In this document: piece by piece, positions 8,702-17,400 of the stretch | How positions within the stretch are numbered: the first letter of the stretch is position 1 | Layout: every line of letters starts with the position of its first letter | NCBI GenBank assembly: GCA_963664675.2 | Contig: CAXXLB010000002.1 | Location: forward strand, 235,114-299,113 | Length of the DNA: 64,000 nt | From: Petrotogaceae bacterium | GTDB lineage: Bacteria; Thermotogota; Thermotogae; Petrotogales; Kosmotogaceae | Reading direction: 5' to 3' | Made by a program: the position numbers and the translations under genes | Notes under the pieces: generated by a model | Told to the model about the DNA's origin: nothing | Database searches by the model: none | What the model saw: the letters and a program-made list of their open reading frames with translations, nothing else

Positions 8702-9871
8702 GTGAGAAGGTTTTTCTTAAAATCGACGAAAATATTTTTATTTTTGTTTGTATTTTTGTCTTTTCAATTTTTGTTTTTTTCTGATGCTGTTAGTTTAGAT
8801 TTGTTTTCGAGTAATTATGATTATCTTAATAGGGTTTATGATCCACCTGACATAGATAACCTTGAGTCCGGAAGAGGATTGCTTGCCTACGATCCACCTG
8901 ATATAGATAACCTTGAGTCCGGAAGAGGATTGCTTGCCTACGATCCACCTGATATAGATAACCTTGAGTCCGGAAGAGGATTGCTCGCCTACGATCCACC
9001 TGACATAGATAACCTTGAGTCCGGAAGAGGATTGCTCGCCTACGATCCGCCTGATATAGATAACCTTGAGTCCGGAAGAGGATTGCTTGCCTATGATCCT
9101 GATGATATAGACAATATCGGGGCGAAAATGTTCTCGGAAAGATTTGAGGGAGCACTTGCCTATGATCCTGATGATATAGACAATATCGGTGCGAAAATGT
9201 TCTCGGAAAGATTTGAAGGAGCGCTTGCCTATGATCCTGATGATATAGACAATATCGGAGCGAAAATGTTCTCGGAAAGATTTGAGGGAGCGCTTGCCTA
9301 TGATCCTGATGATATAGACAATATCGGGGCGAAAATGTTCTCGGAAAGATTTGAAGGAGCGCTTGCCTATGATCCTGATGATATAGATAATATCGGGGCG
9401 AAAATGTTCTCGGAAAGATTTGAGGGAGCGCTTGCCTATGATCCTGATGATATAGACAATATCGGGGCGAAAATGTTCTCGGAAAGATTTGAAGGAGCGC
9501 TTGCCTATGATCCTGATGATATAGACAATATCGGAGCGAAAATGTTCTCGGAAAGATTTGAGGGAGCGCTTGCCTATGATCCTGATGATATAGACAATAT
9601 CGGGGCGAAAATGTTCTCGGAAAGATTTGAAGGAGCGCTTGCCTATGATCCTGATGATATAGATAATATCGGGGCGAAAATGTTCTCGGAAAGATTTGAG
9701 GGAGCGCTTGCCTATGATCCTGATGATATAGACAATATCGGGGCGAAAATGTTCTCGGAAAGATTTGAAGGAGCACTTGCCTATGATCCTGATGATATAG
9801 ATAATCTTGAATCTGTGAGAGATCTTGCTTGTTTGAAATTTGAAGGGAGAGAATATTTATGGAGAATATAG
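8702..9871 (+). CDS. exported tandem-repeat protein (5 x 17 aa plus 10 x 23 aa)
   Basis: GGGAGGTG lies upstream of a GTG start. The N-terminus KIFLFLFVFLSFQFLFF is signal-peptide-like. About 90 percent of the mature protein is perfect repeats. All nucleotide differences between units are synonymous. Confidence 0.75.
   Translation: MRRFFLKSTKIFLFLFVFLSFQFLFFSDAVSLDLFSSNYDYLNRVYDPPDIDNLESGRGLLAYDPPDIDNLESGRGLLAYDPPDIDNLESGRGLLAYDPPDIDNLESGRGLLAYDPPDIDNLESGRGLLAYDPDDIDNIGAKMFSERFEGALAYDPDDIDNIGAKMFSERFEGALAYDPDDIDNIGAKMFSERFEGALAYDPDDIDNIGAKMFSERFEGALAYDPDDIDNIGAKMFSERFEGALAYDPDDIDNIGAKMFSERFEGALAYDPDDIDNIGAKMFSERFEGALAYDPDDIDNIGAKMFSERFEGALAYDPDDIDNIGAKMFSERFEGALAYDPDDIDNIGAKMFSERFEGALAYDPDDIDNLESVRDLACLKFEGREYLWRI
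8837..9091 (+). repeat. tandem repeat A: 5 x 51 bp encoding YDPPDIDNLESGRGLLA
   Basis: Five head-to-tail in-frame copies. They differ only at synonymous sites (tat/tac, gac/gat, cca/ccg, ctt/ctc). Confidence 0.95.
9092..9781 (+). repeat. tandem repeat B: 10 x 69 bp encoding YDPDDIDNIGAKMFSERFEGALA
   Basis: Ten in-frame copies with identical amino-acid sequence. gag and gaa alternate strictly. Units 3-6 are repeated in units 7-10 (a 276-bp higher-order repeat), apart from one synonymous gcg/gca difference in unit 10. Confidence 0.95.
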
Positions 9872-9963
9872 ATTTAAAAAATACGGAAGAATCGATTGTA
9901 AAAGAAACAAAGAAAATAATGGAAAATGTATACAGTTCAGAAGAGTTAATTTTAGAGTGGTAG
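9859..9963 (+). CDS. small acidic peptide, 34 aa (MENIDLKNTEESIVKETKKIMENVYSSEELILEW)
   Basis: Not on the ORF track. AAGGGAGAG lies 7 nt upstream of the ATG. It overlaps the repeat-gene 3' end by 13 nt. It has a paralog 17 nt downstream, and many differences between the two are synonymous. Confidence 0.55.
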   Translation: MENIDLKNTEESIVKETKKIMENVYSSEELILEW

Positions 9964-9979
9964 AAGGGGGAAATAATTA

Positions 9980-10084
9980 ATGGAAAATATAGATTTAAAA
10001 AATACTGAGGAACAGATCATCAATGAAACAAAAAATGTTATGGAAAATATTTATAATTCAGAAGAATTAATCATTGAATGGTGA
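9980..10084 (+). CDS. small acidic peptide, 34 aa (MENIDLKNTEEQIINETKNVMENIYNSEELIIEW)
   Basis: Not on the ORF track. GAAGGGGG lies upstream of the ATG. It has the same length as 9859-9963, the same N-terminal 11 aa and the same C-terminal EEL(I)(L/I)EW. Confidence 0.55.
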   Translation: MENIDLKNTEEQIINETKNVMENIYNSEELIIEW

Positions 10085-10185
10085 TTGTTAATTATTTAAG
10101 TTGATTCAGAAATCAAAAAATTATAAGAAATGTGAAAATAGAAAAAAACGGAATAGGGTGAAGTATTACTTAGAAGGAGTTTGAT

Positions 10186-11106
10186 ATGAATAAAGTGCTG
10201 AAAACGTATGAGATTTTTGAAAATTTACCATTTCAAAGTTTTTACAAAGATTCTGTATTATTAAATGACCAGACACAGATAGGGGAATTAGATCTTATTT
10301 TTAGAATTAATATACCTCTCAGGAAATTTGATTTTATAGATGATTTTTATACCTGTAATTTAAGTTGTTATGGTTTGAACAATTCGAGTCAGGTTGTAAT
10401 ACGTTTTGAATGTGATAATATGTCTGCAGTGGACATAAAAATTCTTAAACTGAAAAGAGATCTTGAATTGTATGATCTTAATGATTTCATCCTTCTCAGC
10501 AAATTCTTTTTCTATTCTGTATTGGTATCTAATCAACAATTTACATTCGAAGAAGAATGTCATTTGGTATCGGAACTGGTTAATATCTGGGAATCCAGAA
10601 ATGTTTTTGAATATGCACATAGCAGCAGAGTAGCCTTTTATTCAAAAAGATTTGCGGGAACAATAGGTATGTCTCCAAGTGATCAGAATGAAATATATTG
10701 GGCTGCCTTTGCTCATGATTTGGGGAAGATTTTTGTCCCCAAAAAAATTCTGAACAAATCGGGAGAATTATCTCAAGAAGAGAGAGAACAGTTAAAGAAT
10801 CATACTTATTTGATAGATTGTATATTTGACGCTTTTGATAATTTTAATGCTTTACTTCCTTCCATAAAGCATCACCACGAAAGGTGGGATGGATACGGAT
10901 ATCCTGATCACCTTTCAAGAGAAGAGATACCATTGTATTCAAGAATAATAAATATTGCTGATTCATATGATGCAATGATAAATTTTAGAGTTTATAAAAA
11001 CGCTTTATCTTCCTCTCTGGCCACAAAAGAAATAGAAAAAGGAGCTGGATATCAGTTTGATCCGGATCTTGCAAAAGAATTTATTAAATTTCAAAGAAGG
11101 TTATAA
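10186..11106 (+). CDS. HD-GYP domain protein, paralog of 5229-6152
   Basis: Motifs HDLGKIFVP, HHHERWDGYGYPDH and ADSYDAMI. It shares N-terminal blocks with the first copy (IFENLPF, DLNDFILLSKFFFY, ELVNIWESRNVFE). Confidence 0.85.
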   Translation: MNKVLKTYEIFENLPFQSFYKDSVLLNDQTQIGELDLIFRINIPLRKFDFIDDFYTCNLSCYGLNNSSQVVIRFECDNMSAVDIKILKLKRDLELYDLNDFILLSKFFFYSVLVSNQQFTFEEECHLVSELVNIWESRNVFEYAHSSRVAFYSKRFAGTIGMSPSDQNEIYWAAFAHDLGKIFVPKKILNKSGELSQEEREQLKNHTYLIDCIFDAFDNFNALLPSIKHHHERWDGYGYPDHLSREEIPLYSRIINIADSYDAMINFRVYKNALSSSLATKEIEKGAGYQFDPDLAKEFIKFQRRL

Positions 11107-12003
11107 ATTATTTTTTTCTAAAAAATTGTAGATAGTTTTTTCATATTCTTTTCTGTTTGTTGCAAAAGATTCGACGTGCCTTGCATCATCAACCAGATAT
11201 AATACTTTTTTCCCAATATTTTTTGCGTTGTATAATTCTATACTCATAGAAGTGGGTACAAAATCATCTTTCTTTCCGTGTATTAAAAGAGTAGGAATGG
11301 TGCTATTTTTAATATCTTTTATAGGTGAAACTTCTCCAAAAAAAAATTTAAATTTTATTTTTGAAATTAAACTGGTAATTGGTATTATAAGAAAATAAGG
11401 AAGTTTGTAGTCTTTCTTTAATCTATATCCTAATTGTTTTTTTAAATCTGAATAAGGACAATCGGCTATAATGAAAGATGCTCTATTATCTATGGCAGAA
11501 TATTGAATGACCGTTCCTCCACCAAGGGATTCACCCATAGCACCTATTTTTGCATTTTCGCCCAATTTTTCAAAAAGCCAATTAATGCACGTTTTCAAAT
11601 CATATTTTTCAAAAAAGCCAAAACTTGTAAACTTTCCACCACTAAATCCATGATACCTGTTGTCGAACAGAAGAACATTGTATTCTTTTTTTCTGAACAT
11701 ATCAAGATATTTTATAGTTCCTGCATGGGTCCATGTGTAGCCGTGAACAAGAACGATTGCTTTTTTTGATCCTGGTTTTTCAAAGAATTTGCCATATAGC
11801 TTATAACCAAATTCAGAAGATATATTGACCTCTTCATATTTAAGATTGTCGATATATTCCCGTGTATAATCCCCGTTTTCAACGCCAAAATTAATTGTAT
11901 AGTCATAATCCTTTGTTTTTGGCTTATTTGCCAAATTTGAAAATATTATGCCAATAGAAATAAATGCTCCCAGAAAAATGATTGATACAATAAAAAAAAT
12001 CAT
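11101..12003 (-). CDS. membrane-anchored alpha/beta hydrolase
   Basis: N-terminal TM segment, HGYT oxyanion region, nucleophile elbow GESLGG, and C-terminal D...H (DDARH). Confidence 0.8.
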   Translation of the reverse strand: MIFFIVSIIFLGAFISIGIIFSNLANKPKTKDYDYTINFGVENGDYTREYIDNLKYEEVNISSEFGYKLYGKFFEKPGSKKAIVLVHGYTWTHAGTIKYLDMFRKKEYNVLLFDNRYHGFSGGKFTSFGFFEKYDLKTCINWLFEKLGENAKIGAMGESLGGGTVIQYSAIDNRASFIIADCPYSDLKKQLGYRLKKDYKLPYFLIIPITSLISKIKFKFFFGEVSPIKDIKNSTIPTLLIHGKKDDFVPTSMSIELYNAKNIGKKVLYLVDDARHVESFATNRKEYEKTIYNFLEKNNL

Positions 12004-12018
12004 TTATTATTTAACACC

Positions 12019-13506
12019 TCAGGAAATGTTATAAATTTCGTAATATTTTATATTTAAGTAATTCATAAATGATTCGGAAGATAAAGTGTGGCCTGTAACC
12101 TTTTTAATGAGTTCTTCCGTATCATATAAAGCCCCATGTTTATAAACATTATTTTTGAGCCAGTCTATTACTTCTTCAAAGTTTCCGGTACTTACAGTTT
12201 CGAAAGCATTTTTCTTTTCCGATAACAATTTTTGAAAAAATTGTGAAGAGATCAGGTTCCCAAGCATATACGATGGAAAATATCCAAATTTTCCACCTGC
12301 CCAATGAATATCTTGTAAAATACCTTCCGAATAATTTTCGGGAACGATATTTAAGTATTTATTCATTTTTTCGTTCCATATTTTGGGCAAATCATCCAAA
12401 TTTATATTATTTTTCAAAAGGGCACTTTCGAGTTCGAATCTTATAAATATATGTAAATTATAGGTGACTTCATCAGCCTCGATTCTTATTGGTTGTTTTT
12501 TAACGGCGTTGATGGCTTTATAAAAGTCCATTAATTTTATCTGTTGCATATTTTCAAAATAAAATTTTATTTTGTCAAATAGATATTTGATGAAGGGAAA
12601 GCTTTTTCCTATGAGATTTTCCAAGAGTCTTGATTGAGATTCATGAACAGAAAAAGATGCGCCCTGGGAAATCGGAGTCCATTTATAACTTTTATCGATA
12701 TTCATTTCATATAAAGCATGTCCGCATTCGTGAATCGTTCCATAAAGAGATGAAGTAAAGTTATTGGGATTGAATTTTGTTGTTATTCTCACATCATCTC
12801 TTGTTATTGAAATTGTAAAAGGGTGTTCTGATTCATCATATCTGCCGTTATTAAAATCGAACAGAAATTTTTTTAAAATATGTTTGCAGAGTTTTTTCTG
12901 AGTCTCGATTGAATAATTATTATACAGAAAAGAATCATCAACTTGCCTGGAAGCAAAAATTCTTTTTGTTAAATCGATGAGATCATCTTTAAAGGTAGAA
13001 ATAAGATTTTCTATTTTGCTTTCTGTTATTCCATAATCATAAATATCCAGAAAATAATCATATGGATTTTCAACGTATCCATTCGCGGCAGCAATTTCTT
13101 TAGATAGTTCAATGTTGTCCTTTAAATAGGGTTTAAAAATTTCGTAATTTTCTTCTTTTTTTGCCTTTAACCAATAAAACTGAGCTCTGGAAATTGCTTT
13201 TGTATATTTTAAGTAAAGTTCAGGAGGAATATTTTTGAGTTTTTTGTAATTTCTGAAAATCAAGCTATAAATTCTTTTATTCACTTGATTCAATTCATCC
13301 GGATTGATTTTATCCATTATTTCTTCTGTTTCATTAGAAGTGCTTTTTCTCTGATATTCAGAAGAAAGATATCCTATGACTTCCGACCTGTCACTTCCCG
13401 AATCCGGAGGAAGATAAGTTCTTTGATCCCATTGAAGAAGTGATAGAGCGGAATTCAAATAAGAAATTTCATTAAATTTTTTCAACAGCTTTTCGATATT
13501 TTCCAT
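12019..13506 (-). CDS. carboxypeptidase Taq family metallopeptidase (M32)
   Basis: 495 aa. Contains HPF, the HEXXH site HECGHALYE, and DIHWAGGKFGYFPSY, all hallmarks of M32. Confidence 0.9.
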   Translation of the reverse strand: MENIEKLLKKFNEISYLNSALSLLQWDQRTYLPPDSGSDRSEVIGYLSSEYQRKSTSNETEEIMDKINPDELNQVNKRIYSLIFRNYKKLKNIPPELYLKYTKAISRAQFYWLKAKKEENYEIFKPYLKDNIELSKEIAAANGYVENPYDYFLDIYDYGITESKIENLISTFKDDLIDLTKRIFASRQVDDSFLYNNYSIETQKKLCKHILKKFLFDFNNGRYDESEHPFTISITRDDVRITTKFNPNNFTSSLYGTIHECGHALYEMNIDKSYKWTPISQGASFSVHESQSRLLENLIGKSFPFIKYLFDKIKFYFENMQQIKLMDFYKAINAVKKQPIRIEADEVTYNLHIFIRFELESALLKNNINLDDLPKIWNEKMNKYLNIVPENYSEGILQDIHWAGGKFGYFPSYMLGNLISSQFFQKLLSEKKNAFETVSTGNFEEVIDWLKNNVYKHGALYDTEELIKKVTGHTLSSESFMNYLNIKYYEIYNIS

Positions 13507-13858
13507 AAAATTTGATCACCTCATTCGATTATAATATATATCTTAAAGCGAAAAATAAAATTTACAGCGATTTTTGGATGAGAAATATTTGTATTACTAT
13601 TTTTAAATATCTACGATTAAAGATAGTTATAGCCTATTATTGATAATATTCGTTGTTTTTGAAATAAAAGTGAAAGAATACGCATGTTATTTTAACAAAA
13701 CGTAAAATTACGGTAATCGAAAATAATCAATTGTAGATTACAATAATCATGAAATAGGAGAAATAGTTGAACCCCAATGTCACGATTAATGTATAAATGC
13801 TAACCCCACCCCTGTTCGAAAAGATATTTCCCCGTTGTGGAAAATTGATTTTACGACC

Positions 13859-13890
13859 AAAGCGATCCCTTCCCCAGGATCGCTTTTTTA
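13859..13890 (+). terminator. orphan rho-independent terminator (no upstream plus-strand CDS)
   Basis: Stem AAAGCGATCC / GGATCGCTTT, loop CTTCCCCA, then a T run. It lies 55 nt upstream of ruvC. Confidence 0.55.
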
Positions 13891-13944
13891 ATTATTAATT
13901 TTTTTCTTCAATTATTATGATTTAATATAATTGGAGGTGTCAGT

Positions 13945-14487
13945 TTGAGTAATTATAATTATAAAATACTTGGAATCGATCCGGGATTTGGAAGAATGGG
14001 CTATGGAATAATAGGAATAACCGGCTCCAGGGTTTCCTGTTTGAATTACGGAGTAATAGAAACCGATCCTAGCTGGGAACTGCCGGAAAGGATAGTATAT
14101 ATATATAACGATATAAAAAAAATAATCAGAGAGTTTGAACCCGAAGAATCGGCGATCGAAAAACTTTTTTTCTTCAGGAATGTTACCACTGCGATTCATG
14201 TCAGCCAGGCTACGGGAGTTGCTATTTTGGCTTTGCAACAGGCCAAAATTCCTATTTATGAATATACTCCTTACCAGATAAAACAATCTGTTACAGGATA
14301 TGGAAAAGCCGAAAAAGGACAGATTCAAAGAACACTGAAGCTTTTTTTCAATTTAGAAAAAACACCGAAACCTGATGATGCTTCCGATGCTTTAGCGGCA
14401 GCGTGGTGCAGATACACATCTAGATCTACATTGGGGGGTGAAAAAGTTGGTAATAAGTTTAGAATTAAAAAACAGGGAACTGAGTGA
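13945..14487 (+). CDS. ruvC: crossover junction endodeoxyribonuclease RuvC
   Basis: GGAGGTG plus a TTG start. Contains ILGIDPGFGRMGYGII, IEKLFFFRN, GYGKAEK.Q and PDDASDALAAA. Confidence 0.9.
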   Translation: MSNYNYKILGIDPGFGRMGYGIIGITGSRVSCLNYGVIETDPSWELPERIVYIYNDIKKIIREFEPEESAIEKLFFFRNVTTAIHVSQATGVAILALQQAKIPIYEYTPYQIKQSVTGYGKAEKGQIQRTLKLFFNLEKTPKPDDASDALAAAWCRYTSRSTLGGEKVGNKFRIKKQGTE

Positions 14488-17400
14488 TTTATATGAAAAA
14501 ATTACAGGATATTTACCTGATGAAAATTATAACGAACTTAAAGTTGAGAAAATTAATATAAATACCAATAGAAGAGAAATAGTTTTTTATGTTCAAAAGA
14601 GGAATAAAGAGTTGAATTTAGAGAAACTGAATGATGAATTTAAAGGTTTTTTTAAAAAAAATTTCAATTCCTTCGTGAAAGTGATCGATCTGGAAAACAG
14701 AAATGAAAATATGGAATTTAACATAGAGAGTTTTTATGAAATGTTACCCAGAATTTTAGTTGACAATCTCATGGTATCTAAAGTTGAGTTGAAAGAAGAT
14801 AAATTTTTTATAGGATGCCCCAATGAATTTATAAAGGATTTTATAATCAAACACGAAAAAGAACTTGAGGAAAATCTTCAGAAATACTTTTCCAGGAGCA
14901 TAAGTTACAAAATATATTTGGAAGAAAACAAATTAAAAGAAGAAGATATAATTCCCCCCGAAATTGCAAAGGAAATCAGAACGGTTAAAAAAGAGAAATC
15001 CAAGAAAATTATATTGGGAAGAAGGATAAATGAGATTCCCAGACCATTGAACAGGATAAATGAAAACGACCAGAAAGTAACCGTTTCCGGAGAAATTGTT
15101 GAAATAGATTCAAGAACGGGGAGGTTCAATGTTATAACATTTGTTTTAACGGATTATACGAGTTCGATTACTTGTAAAGCTGTGGGTGAAGATGCGAAAA
15201 TTCTTATTGACAATCTTTCAGAAGGGGATGAAGTTATCATTAGAGGTTTTCTGGATAATAATGATAAATATATAAAGGAAAGATACATAAGTGTTAAAGA
15301 TTTGAGCAAATCATCTCTTAAAAAAAGAAAGGATCTGAGTGAAGAGAAAAGAGTAGAACTACATTTACATACGAAAATGAGTATGGTCGATGCTACTACG
15401 GATATAAAAAAGTTGTTTAAAACCTTAAAGGACTGGGGACATGATTCGGTAGCACTGACTGATCACGGTGTGGTTCAATCAATACCTGAATTTTATTTTA
15501 CGGCGAAGGAATTTGATATAAAGCCTATTTTTGGAATGGAAGGGTATTTAGTGAACGATTCTGAACCGATTTATAAATATTTCACAGATGAAAGAATGAG
15601 AATGGATGAGGCGGTTTATACCGTTTTCGATTTGGAAACAACGGGGTTTGAATCAATAGATAACGAAATAATTGAGGTTGGAGCGGTGAAAATGCAGGGT
15701 GAAAAAATAATTGAAACCTTTTCCGCTTTCGTAAAGCCCAAACAGGAAATACCTCAAAAAGTAACGGAAATAACGGGAATAAATTATGAAATGGTAAAAG
15801 ATGCTGAGTCCGATGAAAAAGTATTGAGAGATTTTCTGGACTTTTCTAAAAATACCATTCTTGTCGCTCACAATGCGAATTTTGATTATTCATTCATAAA
15901 GAATGTAATAAGAAGTAAAATAAATGATGAATGGGATATGCCTATAATAGATACATTAATTCTTTCACGATCACTTGTGAATTTAAAAAGTCATTCGTTG
16001 GATAGACTGATAAATTATTTTAAATTGGGAGATTTCGAACATCACAGGGCAAGTGAAGATGCGCGAGTGACCGCACAAATGTTTTTAAAATTACAGGAAA
16101 TTGCTAAAAAAAAGGGAATTGAAAAAATTTGGGACTTTGATTCTCTGAGAAACAAAGAAGCTTATAAGAAAGCTCCAAGATACCATATCACAATGTTGGC
16201 AGCAAATGAGACCGGTCTCAAAAATCTTTACAAATTAGTCAGTATATCTCATACGGAGGATTTCTATTTCACTCCGAGAGTTTTTAAGAGTATTCTTGAT
16301 AAATACAGAAATGGTCTTCTGATTGGATCGGCTTGTGTAAGTGGATTGCTTTCTCAGACGTATCTTTCATCGGTGTCCGAAAAGGAATTGGAAGAAACGG
16401 CAAAATATTTTGATTACATAGAAATTATGCCTCTTGATATTTATGGAGGTGTCAAGAAAGAAACTATGAAAGATATGTACATAGAATTTTATCGTATTGG
16501 GAAAAAATTTAATATTCCCGTTGTAATGACTGGGGATGTTCATTATATAGAACCTCATGAGGAATTATTCAGATCTGTTATACAAGCCGCAGAAAAAGGA
16601 AGAGAGAAAACTTTTGACAAGCAACCTCCTTTATATTTAAGGACAACGGAAGAGATGCTTGAAAAAGCATATGAAATCTTCGAAGATGAAAAAATTGCAA
16701 AAGAGATAGTAATTGATAACACCAGAAAAATAGTTTCAAGAATAAAAGAATTAGTTCCAGTGAAAGGTGTTTTGAATCCCCCGAAAATAGATGGTGCCGA
16801 AGAAAAAGTAAGAAATATAACGTATGAAACTGCCAGGAAAATATACGGGGAGCCTCTTCCGGAAATTATTCAGGAAAGAATAGAAGTTGAACTTCATGCG
16901 ATTATAGATAATGGTTATGCCGTACTGTATTTGATAGCAGCCGATATGGTAAAAAAATCTAATGAGGATGGATATATAGTCGGTTCCAGAGGTTCAGTAG
17001 GGAGTTCGTTGGTGGCCAATTTAATGGGAATCACCGAGGTTAATCCTTTGTTACCCCATTACGTTTGTCCAAATTGCAAATATTCAGAGTTCATAGAAGA
17101 ACCATATTATGAATCCGGTTATGATCTACCCAGAAAGGAATGCCCGCATTGCGGGATGGATTTGCAGAAAAACGGTCAGAGAATCCCGTTCGAAACTTTT
17201 TTGGGTTTTGGAGGGGGAAAAGTACCGGATATCGATTTGAATTTTTCGGGAGAATATCAGGAAAGAGCACATAGATTTTTAGAAGAAATGTTCGGCAGAG
17301 ATCACGTTTTTAGAGCCGGAACGATAGGAACTCTGGCGGAAAAAACGGCGTATGGATTCATCAATGCCTATACAGAATTGAAAGGAACATACTTTACCAA

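Noticed and set aside
8826-9776. 316-aa minus-strand ORF across the repeat array.
   Set aside because: It is a shadow ORF. It is open only because the 51-bp and 69-bp repeats happen to lack stops in that antisense frame. It has no SD, and the synonymous-only variation fits the plus-strand frame and not this one.
8837-9781. Possible CRISPR array, given regular 51-bp and 69-bp direct repeats.
   Set aside because: The units are contiguous with no unique spacers, are in frame inside a signal-peptide ORF, and no cas genes are nearby.
10085-10185. Hairpin TTGATT-CAGA-AATCAA after the second 34-aa ORF, considered as a terminator.
   Set aside because: The stem is 6 bp and all A/T, and it is followed by an A-run rather than a T-run on the coding strand.
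13915-14328. 137-aa minus-strand ORF opposite ruvC, and a 169-aa ORF (25327-25836) opposite the aldo/keto reductase.
   Set aside because: The plus-strand genes have clear family motifs and SDs, and the antisense ORFs have none.
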